From the NCBI GenBank assembly GCA_964016885.1, contig OZ024743.1, forward strand, positions 131,316,001-131,380,000: 64,000 nt of DNA, given 5' to 3'. The translations under genes and the position numbers were made by a program. The notes beneath the pieces are model-generated. The model made no database searches and had not been told where the DNA came from. It worked only from the letters and a program-made list of their open reading frames with translations. Source of the stretch: Eledone cirrhosa (Eukaryota). Below are positions 10,001 through 21,700 of the stretch, piece after piece. Within the stretch, counting starts at the first letter, position 1; each line of letters starts with the position of its first letter.

Positions 10001-13000
10001 GCTTGGTGCTTGGTGCTTGGTGTTTTGTGTTTGGTGCTTGGTGTTTGTACTTGGTGCTTGGTGCTTGGTGTTTGGTTCTTGGTTCTTGGTGTTTGGTACT
10101 TGGTGCTTGGTGCTTGATGTTTGGTGTTTGGTGCTTGGTGTTTGGTGCTTGGTGCTTGGTGCTTGGTGTTAGGTGTTTGGTGCTTGGTGTTTGGTGTTTG
10201 GTGTTTGCTGTTTGGTGTCTGCTTTTTGGTGTTCAGTGTTTGCTGTATGGTGTTTGGTGTTTGCTGTTTGGTGTTTGGTCTTTGGTGCTTGGTGTTTGGT
10301 GCTTGGTGCTTGGTGTTTGGTGTTTGGTGTTTGGTGCTTGGTGTTTGGTGTTTGGTGCTTGGTGTTTGGTGTTTGGTGCTTGGTGTCTGGAGCTTGGTGT
10401 TTGGTTTTTGGTGCTTGGTGTTTGGTGTTTGGTGTTTGGTGTTTGGTGTTTAGTGCTTGGTGCTTGGTGTTTGGTGTTTCGTGTTTGGTGCTTGTTGTCT
10501 GGTGCTTGGTGTTTGGTGTTTGGTGTTTGGTGTTTGGTGTTTGGTGTTTGGTGCTTGGTGCTTGGTGCGTGGTGTTTGGTGTTTGGTGCTTGGTGTTTGG
10601 TGCTTGGTGCTGGGTGGTTGGTGTTTGGTGCTTGGTGTTTGGTGTTTGGTGTTTGATGCTTGGTGCTTGGTGTTTGGTGATTGGTGCTTGGTGCTTGGTG
10701 CTTGGTGCTTGGTGTTTGGTGCTTGGTGCTTGGTGTTTGGTGCTTGGTGCTTGGTGTTTGGTTTTTGGTGCTTGGTGTTTGGTGTTTGGTGTTTGGTGCT
10801 TGCTGCTGGCTGCTTGGTGTTTGATGCATGGTGATTTGTGCTTGGTGATTGGTGTTTGTACTTGGTGCTTGGTGCTTGGTTCTTGGTGTTTGGTGCTTGG
10901 TGCTTGGTGTTTGGTGTTATATGCTTGGTGTTTGATGCTTGGTACTTGGTGCTTGGTGTTTGGTGTTTGGTGTTTGATGCTTGGTGCTTGGTGTTTGGTG
11001 CTTGGTGCTTGGTGTTTGTACTTGGTGCTTGGTGCTTGGTGCTTGGTGTTTGGTGCTTGGTGTTTGGTGCTTGGTGCTTGGTGCTTGGTCCTTGGTGCTT
11101 GGTGTTTGGTGGTTGGTGTTTGGTGGTAGGTGTTAGGTGTTTGGTGCTTGGTGCTTGGTGTTTGGTGTTTGGTGCTTGGTGTTTGGTGTTTGGTGCTTGG
11201 TGTTTGGTGCTTGGTACTTGGTGCTTGGTGCTTGGTGTTAGGTGTTTGGTGCTTGGTGTTTGGTGCTTGGTGTTTGGTGCTTGGTGCTTGGTGCTTGGTG
11301 CTTGGTGTTTGGTGGTTGGTGTTTGGTGCTTGGTGTTTGGTGCTTGGTGTTACGTGTTTGGTGCTTGGTGCTTGGTGTTTGGTGTTTGGTGCTTGGTGTT
11401 TGGTGTTTGGTGCTTGGTGTTTGGTGCTTTTTGCTTGGTGCTTGGTGCTTGGTGTTTGGTGCTGGGTGCTTGGTGCTTGGTGTTTGGTGTTATATGCTTG
11501 GTGTTTGATGCTTGGTGCTTGGTGCTTGGTGTTTGGTGTTTGGTGCTTGGTGTTTGATGCTTGGTGCTTCGTGCTTGGTGTTTGGTGCTTGGTGTTTGGT
11601 GTTTGGTGCTTGGTGTTTGGTGTTTGGTGCTTGGTGTTTGGTGCTTGGTACTTGGTGCTTGGTGCTTGGTGTTAGGTGTTTGGTGCTTGGTGTTTGGTGC
11701 TTGGTGTTTGGTGGTTGGTGTTTGGTGCTTGGTGTTAGGTGTTTGGTGCTTGGTGCTTGGTGTTTGGTGTTTGGTGCTTGGTGTTTGGTGTTTGGTGCTT
11801 GGTGTTTGGTGCTTTTTGCTTGGTGCTTGGTGCTTGCTGTTTGGTGCTTGGTTCTTGGTGTTTGGTGCTGGGTGCTTGGTGTTTGGTGTTTGGTGTTATA
11901 TGCTTGGTGTTTGATGCTTGGTGCTTGGTGCTTGGTGTTTGGTGTTTGGTGCTTGGTGTTTGATGCTTGGTGCTTGGTGCTTGGTGTTTGGTGCTTGGTG
12001 CTTGGTGCTTGGTGTTTGGTGCTTGTTGTTTGGTGCTTGGTGTTTGGTGTTTGGTGTTTGGTGTTTGGTGCTTGGTACTTGGTGCTTGGTGCTTGGTGTT
12101 AGGTGTTTGGTGCTTGGTGTTTGGTGTCTGGTTTTTGGTGTTTGGTGCTTGGTGATTGGTGATAGGTGTTTGGTGCTTGGTGTTTGGTGTTTGGTGCTAG
12201 GTGCTTGGTGTTTGGTGCTTGGTGCTTGGTGTTTGTACTTGGTGCTTGGTGCTTGGTTCTTGGTGTTTGGTGCTTGGTGCTTGGTGTTTGGTGCTTGGTG
12301 CTTGGTGTTTGGTGCTTGGTGTTTGGTGCTTGGTGTTTGGTGCTTGGTGTTTGGTGCTTGGTGTTAGGTGTTTGGTGCTTGGTGCTTGGTGTTAGGTGTT
12401 TGGTGCTTGGTATTTGGTGCTTGGTGTTTGGTGCTTGGTGCTTGGTGCTTGGTGCTTGGTGTTTGGTGGTTGGTGTTTGGTGCTTGGTGTTAGGTGTTTG
12501 GAGCTTGGTGCTTGGTGTTTGGTGTTTGGTGCTTGGTGTTTGGTGTTTGGTGCTTGGTGTTTGGTGCTTTTTGCTTGGTGCTTGGTGCTTGGTGTTTGGT
12601 GCTTGGTTCTTGGTGTTTGGTGCTGGGTGCTTGGTGTTTGGTGTTTGGTGTTATATGCTTGGTGTTTGATGCTTGGTGCTTGGTGTTTGGTGTTTGGTGT
12701 TTGGTGCTTGGTGTTTGGTGCTTGGTGCTTGGTGTTTGGTGCTTGGTGCTTGGTGCTTGGTGTTTGGTGCTTGGTGCTTGGTGTTAGGTGTTTGGTGCTT
12801 GGTGCTTGGTGTTTGGTGTTTGGTGCTTGGTGTTTGGTGTTTGGTGTTTGGTGTTTGGTGCTTGGTACTTGGTGCTTGGTGCTTGGTGTTAGGTGTTTGG
12901 TGCTTGGTGTTTGGTGTCTGGTTTTTGGTGCTTGGTGCTTGGTGTTTGGTGCTTGCTGCTGGCTGCTTGGTGTTTGGTGCTTGGTGATTGGTGCTTGGTG

Positions 13001-15721
13001 TTTGGTGCTTGGTGTTTGGTGTTTGGTGCTAGGTGCTTGGTGTTTGGTGCTTGGTGCTTGGTGTTTGTACTTGGTGCTTGGTGCTTGGTTCTTGGTGTTT
13101 GGTGCTTGGTGCTTGGTGTTTGGTGCTTGGTGCTTGGTGTTTGGTGCTTGGTGTTTGGTGCTTGGTGTTTGGTGCTTGGTGCTTGGTGCTTGGTGTTTGG
13201 TGCTTGGTGTTTGGTGCTTGGTGTTAGGTGTTTGGTGCTTGGTGCTTGGTGTTAGGTGTTTGGTGCTTGGTGTTTGGTGCTTGGTGTTTGGTGCTTGGTG
13301 CTTGGTGCTTGGTGCTTGGTGTTTGGTGGTTGGTTTTTGGTGCTTGGTGTTAGGTGTTTGGTGCTTGGTGCTTGGTGTTTGGTGTTTGGTGCTTGGTGTT
13401 TGGTGTTTGGTGCTTGGTGTTTGGTGCTTTTTGCTTGGTGCTTGGTGCTTGGTGTTTGGTGCTTGGTGCTTGGTGTTTGGTGCTGGGTGCTTGGTGTTTG
13501 GTGTTTGGTGTTATATGCTTGGTGTTTGGTGCTTGGTGTTTGGTGCTTGGTGCTTGGTGCTTGGTGCTTGGTGTTTGGTGGTTGGTGCTTGGTGCTTGGT
13601 GTTAGGTGTTTGGTGCTTGGTGCTTGGTGTTTGGTGTTTGGTGCATGGTGTTTGGTGTTTGGTGCTTGGTGTTTGGTGCTTGGTACTTGGTGCTTGGTGC
13701 TTGGTGTTAGGTGTTTGGTGCTTGGTGTTTGGTGTCTGGTTTTTGGTGCTTGGTGCTTGGTGCTTAGTGTTTGGTGCTTGGTGCTTAGTGTTTGGTGCTA
13801 GGTGCTTGGTGTTTGGTGCTTGGTGCTTGGTGTTTGGTGCCTGGTGCTTGGTGTTTGGTGTTTGGTGTTTGGTGCTTGGTGCTTGGTGTTTGGTGTTTGC
13901 TGTTTGGTGTTTGTTGTTTGGTGTTTGCTGTTTGGTGTTTGGTGTTTGCTTTTTGGTGCTTGGTGTTTGATGCTTGGTGCTTGGTGCTTGGTGTTTGGTG
14001 CTTGGTGCTTGGTGTTTGGTGTTTGGTGCTTGGTGCTTGGTGTTTGGTGCTTGCTGCTGGCTGCTTGGTGTTTGGTGCTTGGTGATTGGTGCTTGGTGTT
14101 TGGTGCTTGGTGTTTGGTGTTTGGTGCTAGGTGCTTGGTGTTTGGTGCTTGGTGCTTGGTGTTTGTACTTGGTGCTTGGTCCTTGGTTCTTGGTGTTTGG
14201 TGCTTGGTGCTTGGTGTTTGGTGCTTGGTGCTTGGTGTTTGGTGCTTGGTGTTTGGTGCTTGGTGTTTGGTGTTTGGTGCTTGGTGCTTGGTGTTTGGTG
14301 CTTGGTGTTTGGTGCTTGGTGTTAGGTGTTTGGTGCTTGGTGCTTGGTGTTTGGTGTTTGGTGCTTGGCGTTTGGTGTTTGGTGTTATATGCTTGGTGTT
14401 TGATGCTTGGTGCTTGGTGCTTGGTGTTTGGTGCTTGGTGTTTGATGCTTGGTGCTTGGTGCTTGGTGTTTGGTGCTTGGTGCTTGGTGTTTGTACTTGG
14501 TGCTTGGTGCTTGGTTCTTGGTGTTTGGTGCTTGGTGCTTGGTGTTTGGTGTTTGGTGCTTGGTGTTTGGTGCTTGGTGTTACGTGTTTGGTGCTTGGTG
14601 CTAGGTGTTTGGTGTTTGGTGCTTGGTGTTTGGTGTTTGGTGCTTGGTGTTTGGTGCTTTTTGCTTGGTGCTTGCTGCTTGGTGTTTGGTGCTGGGTGCT
14701 TGGTGCTTGGTGTTTGGTGTTATATGCATGGTGTTTGATGCTTGGTGCTTGGTGCTTGGTGTTTGGTGTTTGGTGCTTGGTGTTTGATGCTTGGTGCTTG
14801 GTGCTTGGTGTTTGGTTCTTGGTTCTTGGTGTTTGGTACTTGGTGCTTGGTGCTTGATGTTTGGTGTTTGGTGCTTGTTGTTTGGTGCTTGGTGCTTGGT
14901 GCTTGGTGTTAGGTGTTTGGTGCTTGGTCCTTGGTGTTTGGTGCTTGGTGTTTGGTGTTTGCTGTTTGGTGTTAGGTGTTTGGTGCTTGGTGCTTGGTGT
15001 CTGGTTTTTGGTGCTTGGTGCTTGGTGTTTGGTGCTTGCTGCTGGCTGCTTGGTGTTTGGTGCTTGGTGATTGGTGCTTGGTGTTTGGTGTTTGGTGCTA
15101 GGTGCTTGGTGTTTGGTGCTTGGTGCTTGGTGTTTGGTGCTTGGTGCTTGGTGTTTGGTGCTTGGTGTTTGGTGCTTGGTGTTTGGTGCTTGGTGCTTGG
15201 TGCTTGGTGTTTGGTGCTTGGTGTTTGGTGCTTGGTGTTAGGTGTTTGGTGCTTGGTGCTTGGTGTTTGGTGTTTGGTGCTTGGTGTTTGGTGTTTGGTG
15301 TTATATGCTTGGTGTTTGATGCTTGGTGCTTGGTGCTTGGTGTTTGGTGCTTGGTGTTTGATGCTTGGTGCTTGGTGCTTGGTGTTTGGTGCTTGGTGCT
15401 TGGTGTTTGTACTTGGTGCTTGGTGCTTGGTTCTTGGTGTTTGGTTCTTGGTGTTTGGTGTTTGGTGCTTGGTGTTTGGTGTTTGGTGTTATATGCTTGG
15501 TGTTTGATGCTTGGTGCTTGGTGCTTGGTGTTTGGTGCTTGGTGTTTGATGCTTGGTGTTTGGTGCTTGGTGTTTGGTGCTTGGTGCTTGGTGTTTGTAC
15601 TTGGTGCTTGGTGCTTGGTTCTTGGTGTTTGGTGCTTGGTGCTTGGTGTTTGGTGCTTGGTGTTTGGTGCTTGGTGTTTGGTGCTTGGTGTTTGGTGCTT
15701 GGTGCTTGGTGCTTAGTGCTT
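7096..15721. repeat. Long HOR, copy 2 (8,626 bp; carries extra material at about 12.5-14.5 kb that is absent from copy 1)
   Basis: ORF entries recur at +8626 (7188->15814, 6165->14791, 6739->15365). The same landmark recurs at 15897. Confidence 0.9.
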
Positions 15722-18700
15722 GGTGTTTGGTGCTTGGTGTTAGGTGTTTGGTGCTTGGTGCTTGGTGTTTGGTGTTTGGTGCTTGGTGTTTGGTGCTTGG
15801 TGTTTGGTGTTAGGTGTTTGGTGCTTGGTGTTTGGTGTTTGGTTCTTGGTGTTTGGTGCTTGGTGTTTGGTGCTTGGTGTTTGGTGCTTGGTACTTGGGG
15901 CTTGGTCTTTGGTTCTTGGTGTTTGGTGTTTGGTGCTTGGTGCTTGGTGTTTGGTGCTTGGTGCTTGGTGCTGGGTGGTTGGTGTTTGGTGCTTGGTGCT
16001 TGGTGTTTGGTGCTTGGTGCTTGGTGCTTAGTGCTGGGTGGTTGGTGCTTGGTGCTTGGTCTTTGGTTCATGGTGTTTGGTGTTTGGTGTTTGGTGTTTG
16101 GTGTTTGGTGCTTGCTGCTTGGTGCTTCGTGTTAGGTGTTTGGTGCTTGGTGCTTGGTGTTTGGTTTTTGGTGCTTGGTGCTTGGTGTTTGGTGTTTGGT
16201 GCTTGCTGCTGGCTGCTTGGTGTTTGATGCTTGGTGATTGGTGCTTGGTGTTTTGTGCTTGGTGTTTGGTGTTTGGTGCTAGGTGCTTGGTGTTTGGTGC
16301 TTGGTGCTTGGTGCTTGGTGTTTGGTGTTTGGTTTTAGGTGCTTGGTGCTTGGTGTTTGGTGCTTGGTGCTGGGTGGTTGGTGTTTAGTGCTTGGTGTTT
16401 GGTGCTGGGTGCTTGGTGTTTGGTGCTTGGTGCTTGGTCTTTGGTGCTTGGTGTTTGGTCTTTGGTGCTTGGTGCTTGGTGTTTGGTGCTTGGTGCTTAG
16501 TGTTTGGTGCTTGGTGCTTAGTGTTTGGTGTTTGGTGCTTGGTGCTTGGTGTTTGGTGCTTACTGTTTGGTGCTTGGTGCTTGGTGTTTGGTGTTTGCTG
16601 TTTGCTGTTTGGTGTTTGTTGTTTGGTGTTTGTTGTTTGGTGTTTGCTGTTTGGTGTTTGGTGTTTGCTTTTTGGTGTTTGGTGTTTGCTGTATGTTGTT
16701 TGGTGTTTGGTGTTTGGTGTTTGGTGTTTGGTGCTTGTTGCTTGGTGTTTGGTGCTTGGTGCTTGGTGTTTGGTGCCTGGTGCTTGGTGCTAGGTGCTTG
16801 GTGTTTGGTGCTTGGTGCTTGGTGTTTGGTGCTTGGTGCTTGGTGTTTGGTGCCTGGTGCTTGGTGCTTGGTGCTTGGTGTTTGGTGTTTGGTGCTTGGT
16901 GCTTGGTGCTTGGAGTTTGGTGTTTGGTGCTTGGTGCTTTGTGTTTTGTGTTTGGTGTTTGGTTTTTGGTGCTTGGTGCTTGGTCCTTGGTGTTTGGTTC
17001 TGGGTGCTTTGTGTTTTGTGCTTGGTGCTTGGTGTTTGGTGTTTGCTGCTTGGTGTTTGATGCTTGGTGCTTGGTGCTTGGTGTTTTGTTTTTGGTGCTT
17101 GGTTCTTGGTGTTTGGTGCTTGGTGCTTGGTACTTGGTGTTTGTACTTGGTGCTTGGTGCTTGGTGTTTGGTTCTTGGTTCTTGGTGTTTGGTACTTGGT
17201 GCTTGGTGCTTGATGTTTGGTGTTTGGTGCTTGGTGTTTGGTGCTTGGTACTTGGTGCTTGGTGCTTGGTGTTAGGTGTTTGGTGCTTGGTGCTTGGTGT
17301 TTGGTTTTTGGTGCTTGGTGCTTGGTGTTTGGTGTTTGGTGCTTGCTGCTGGCTGCTTGGTGTTTGATGCTTGGTGATTGGTGCTTGGTGTTTTGTGCTT
17401 GGTGTTTGGTGTTTGGTGCTAGGTGCTTGGTGTTTGGTGCTTGGTGCTTGGTGCTTGGTGTTTGGTGTTTGGTGTTAGGTGCTTGATGCTTGGTGTTTGG
17501 TGCTTGGTGCTGGGTGGTTGGTGTTTAGTGCTTGGTGTTTGGTGCTGGGTGCTTGGTGTTTGGTGCTTGGTGCTTGGTCTTTGGTGCTTGGTGTTTGGTG
17601 TTTGGTGCTTGGTGCTTGGTGCTTGGTGTTTGGTGCTTGGTGCTTGGTGTTTGGTGCTTGGTGCTTAGTGTTTGGTGCTTGGTGCTTAGTGTTTGGTGCT
17701 AGGTGCTTGGTGTTTGGTGCTTGGTGCTTGGTGTGTGGTGCCTGGTGCTTGGTGTTTGGTGTTTGGTGTTTGGTGCTTGGTGCTTGGTGTTTGGTGTTTG
17801 CTGTTTGCTGTTTGGTGTTTGTTGTTTGGTGTTTGTTGTTTGGTGTTTGCTGTTTGGTGCTTGGTGTTTGCTTTTTGGTGTTTGGTGTTTGCTGTATGTT
17901 GTTTGCTGTTTGGTGTTTGGTGTTTGGTGTTTGGTGCTTGGTGCTTGGTGTTTGGTGCTTGGTGCTTGGTGTTTGGTGCCTGGTGCTTGGTGCTTGGTGC
18001 TTGGTGTTTGGTGTTTGGTGCTTGGTGCTTGGAGTTTGGTGTTTGGTGCTTGGTGCTTGGTGTTTCGTGTTTCGTGTTTGGTTTTTGGTTCTTGGTGCTT
18101 GGTGCTTGGTCCTTGGTGTTTGGTGCTGGGTGCATTGTGTTTGGTGCTTGGTGCTTGGTGCTTGGTGTTTGGTGTTTGCTGCTTGGTGTTTGATGCTTGG
18201 TGCTTGGTGCTTGGTGTTTTGTGTTTGGTGCTTGGTGCTTGGTGTTTGGTGCTTGGTGCTTGGTGCTTGGTGTTTGTACTTGGTGCTTGGTGTTTGGTTC
18301 TTGGTTCTTGGTGTTTGGTGTTTGGCGTTTGGTGTTTGGTGCTTGGTGCTTGGTGTTTGGTGCTTGGTGCTTGGTGTTTGGTGCCTGGTGCTTGGTGCTT
18401 GGTGCTTGGTGCTTGGTGTTTGGTGTTTGGTGCTTGGTGCTTGGTGCTTGGAGTTTGGTGTTTGGTGCTTGGTGCTTTGTGTTTTGTGTTTGGTGTTTGG
18501 TTTTTGGTGCTTGGTGCTTGGTCCTTGGTGTTTGGTGCTGGGTGTTTGTGTTTGGTGCTTGGTGCTTGGTGTTTGGTGTTTGCTGCTTGGTGTTTGATGC
18601 TTGGTGCTTGGTGCTTGGTGTTTTGTGTTTGGTGCTTGGTGTTTGTACTTGGTGCTTGGTGCTTGGTGTTTGGTTCTTGGTTCTTGGTGTTTGGTACTTG

Positions 18701-21700
18701 GTGCTTGGTGCTTGATGTTTGGTGTTTGGTGCCTGGTGTTTGGTGCTTGGTGCTTGGTGCTTGGTGTTAGGTGTTTGGTGCTTGGTCCTTGGTGTTTGGT
18801 GCTTGGTGTTTGGTGTTTGGTGTTTGCTGTTTGGTGTCTGCTTTTTGGTGTTCAGTGTTTGCTGTATGGTGTTTGGTGTTTGCTGTTTGGTGTTTGGTCT
18901 TTGGTGCTTGGTGTTTGGTGCTTGGTGCTTGGTGTTTGGTGTTTGGTGTTTGGTGCTTGGTGTTTGGTGTTTGGTGCTTGGTGTTTGGTGTTTGGTGCTT
19001 GGTGTCTGGAGCTTGGTGTTTGGTTTTTGGTGCTTGGTGTTTGGTGTTTGGTGTTTGGTGTTTGGTGTTTAGTGCTTGGTGCTTGGTGTTTGGTGTTTCG
19101 TGTTTGGTGCTTGTTGTCTGGTGCTTGGTGTTTGGTGTTTGGTGTTTGGTGTTTGGTGTTTGGTGTTTGGTGCTTGGTGCTTGGTGCGTGGTGTTTGGTG
19201 TTTGGTGCTTGGTGTTTGGTGCTTGGTGCTGGGTGGTTGGTGTTTGGTGCTTGGTGTTTGGTGTTTGGTGTTTGATGCTTGGTGCTTGGTGTTTGGTGAT
19301 TGGTGCTTGGTGCTTGGTGCTTGGTGCTTGGTGTTTGGTGCTTGGTGCTTGGTGTTTGGTGCTTGGTGCTTGGTGTTTGGTTTTTGGTGCTTGGTGTTTG
19401 GTGTTTGGTGTTTGGTGCTTGCTGCTGGCTGCTTGGTGTTTGATGCATGGTGATTTGTGCTTGGTGATTGGTGTTTGTACTTGGTGCTTGGTGCTTGGTT
19501 CTTGGTGTTTGGTGCTTGGTGCTTGGTGTTTGGTGTTATATGCTTGGTGTTTGATGCTTGGTGCTTGGTGCTTGGTGTTTGGTGTTTGGTGTTTGATGCT
19601 TGGTGCTTGGTGTTTGGTGCTTGGTGCTTGGTGTTTGTACTTGGTGCTTGGTGCTTGGTGCTTGGTGTTTGGTGCTTGGTGTTTGGTGCTTGGTGCTTGG
19701 TGCTTGGTCCTTGGTGCTTGGTGTTTGGTGGTTGGTGTTTGGTGGTAGGTGTTAGGTGTTTGGTGCTTGGTGCTTGGTGTTTGGTGTTTGGTGCTTGGTG
19801 TTTGGTGTTTGGTGCTTGGTGTTTGGTGCTTGGTACTTGGTGCTTGGTGCTTGGTGTTAGGTGTTTGGTGCTTGGTGTTTGGTGCTTGGTGTTTGGTGCT
19901 TGGTGCTTGGTGCTTGGTGCTTGGTGTTTGGTGGTTGGTGTTTGGTGCTTGGTGTTTGGTGCTTGGTGTTACGTGTTTGGTGCTTGGTGCTTGGTGTTTG
20001 GTGTTTGGTGCTTGGTGTTTGGTGTTTGGTGCTTGGTGTTTGGTGCTTTTTGCTTGGTGCTTGGTGCTTGGTGTTTGGTGCTGGGTGCTTGGTGCTTGGT
20101 GTTTGGTGTTATATGCTTGGTGTTTGATGCTTGGTGCTTGGTGCTTGGTGTTTGGTGTTTGGTGCTTGGTGTTTGATGCTTGGTGATTCGTGCTTGGTGT
20201 TTGGTGCTTGGTGTTTGGTGTTTGGTGCTTGGTGTTTGGTGTTTGGTGCTTGGTGTTTGGTGCTTGGTACTTGGTGCTTGGTGCTTGGTGTTAGGTGTTT
20301 GGTGCTTGGTGTTTGGTGCTTGGTGTTTGGTGGTTGGTGTTTGGTGCTTGGTGTTAGGTGTTTGGTGCTTGGTGCTTGGTGTTTGGTGTTTGGTGCTTGG
20401 TGTTTGGTGTTTGGTGCTTGGTGTTTGGTGCTTTTTGCTTGGTGCTTGGTGCTTGCTGTTTGGTGCTTGGTTCTTGGTGTTTGGTGCTGGGTGCTTGGTG
20501 TTTGGTGTTTGGTGTTATATGCTTGGTGTTTGATGCTTGGTGCTTGGTGCTTGGTGTTTGGTGTTTGGTGCTTGGTGTTTGATGCTTGGTGCATGGTGCT
20601 TGGTGTTTGGTGCTTGGTGCTTGGTGCTTGGTGTTTGGTGCTTGTTGTTTGGTGCTTGGTGTTTGGTGCTTGGTGCTTGGTGCTTGGTGTTTGGTGGTTG
20701 GTGCTTGGTGCTTGGTGTTAGGTGTTTGGTGCTTGGTGCTTGGTGTTTGGTGTTTGGTGCTTGGTGTTTGGTGTTTGGTGTTTGGTGTTTGGTGCTTGGT
20801 ACTTGGTGCTTGGTGCTTGGTGTTAGGTGTTTGGTGCTTGGTGTTTGGTGTCTGGTTTTTGGTGTTTGGTGCTTGGTGATTGGTGATAGGTGTTTGGTGC
20901 TTGGTGTTTGGTGTTTGGTGCTAGGTGCTTGGTGTTTGGTGCTTGGTGCTTGGTGTTTGTACTTGGTGCTTGGTGCTTGGTTCTTGGTGTTTGGTGCTTG
21001 GTGCTTGGTGTTTGGTGCTTGGTGCTTGGTGTTTGGTGCTTGGTGTTTGGTGCTTGGTGTTTGGTGCTTGGTGTTTGGTGCTTGGTGTTAGGTGTTTGGT
21101 GCTTGGTGCTTGGTGTTAGGTGTTTGGTGCTTGGTATTTGGTGCTTGGTGTTTGGTGCTTGGTGCTTGGTGCTTGGTGCTTGGTGTTTGGTGGTTGGTGT
21201 TTGGTGCTTGGTGTTAGGTGTTTGGAGCTTGGTGCTTGGTGTTTGGTGTTTGGTGCTTGGTGTTTGGTGTTTGGTGCTTGGTGTTTGGTGCTTTTTGCTT
21301 GGTGCTTGGTGCTTGGTGTTTGGTGCTTGGTTCTTGGTGTTTGGTGCTGGGTACTTGGTGTTTGGTGTTTGGTGTTATATGCTTGGTGTTTGATGCTTGG
21401 TGCTTGGTGTTTGGTGTTTGGTGTTTGGTGCTTGGTGTTTGGTGCTTGGTGCTTGGTGTTTGGTGCTTGGTGCTTGGTGCTTGGTGTTTGGTGCTTGGTG
21501 CTTGGTGTTAGGTGTTTGGTGCTTGGTGCTTGGTGTTTGGTGTTTGGTGCTTGGTGTTTGGTGTTTGGTGTTTGGTGTTTGGTGCTTGGTACTTGGTGCT
21601 TGGTGCTTGGTGTTAGGTGTTTGGTGCTTGGTGTTTGGTGTCTGGTTTTTGGTGCTTGGTGCTTGGTGTTTGGTGCTTGCTGCTGGCTGCTTGGTGTTTG

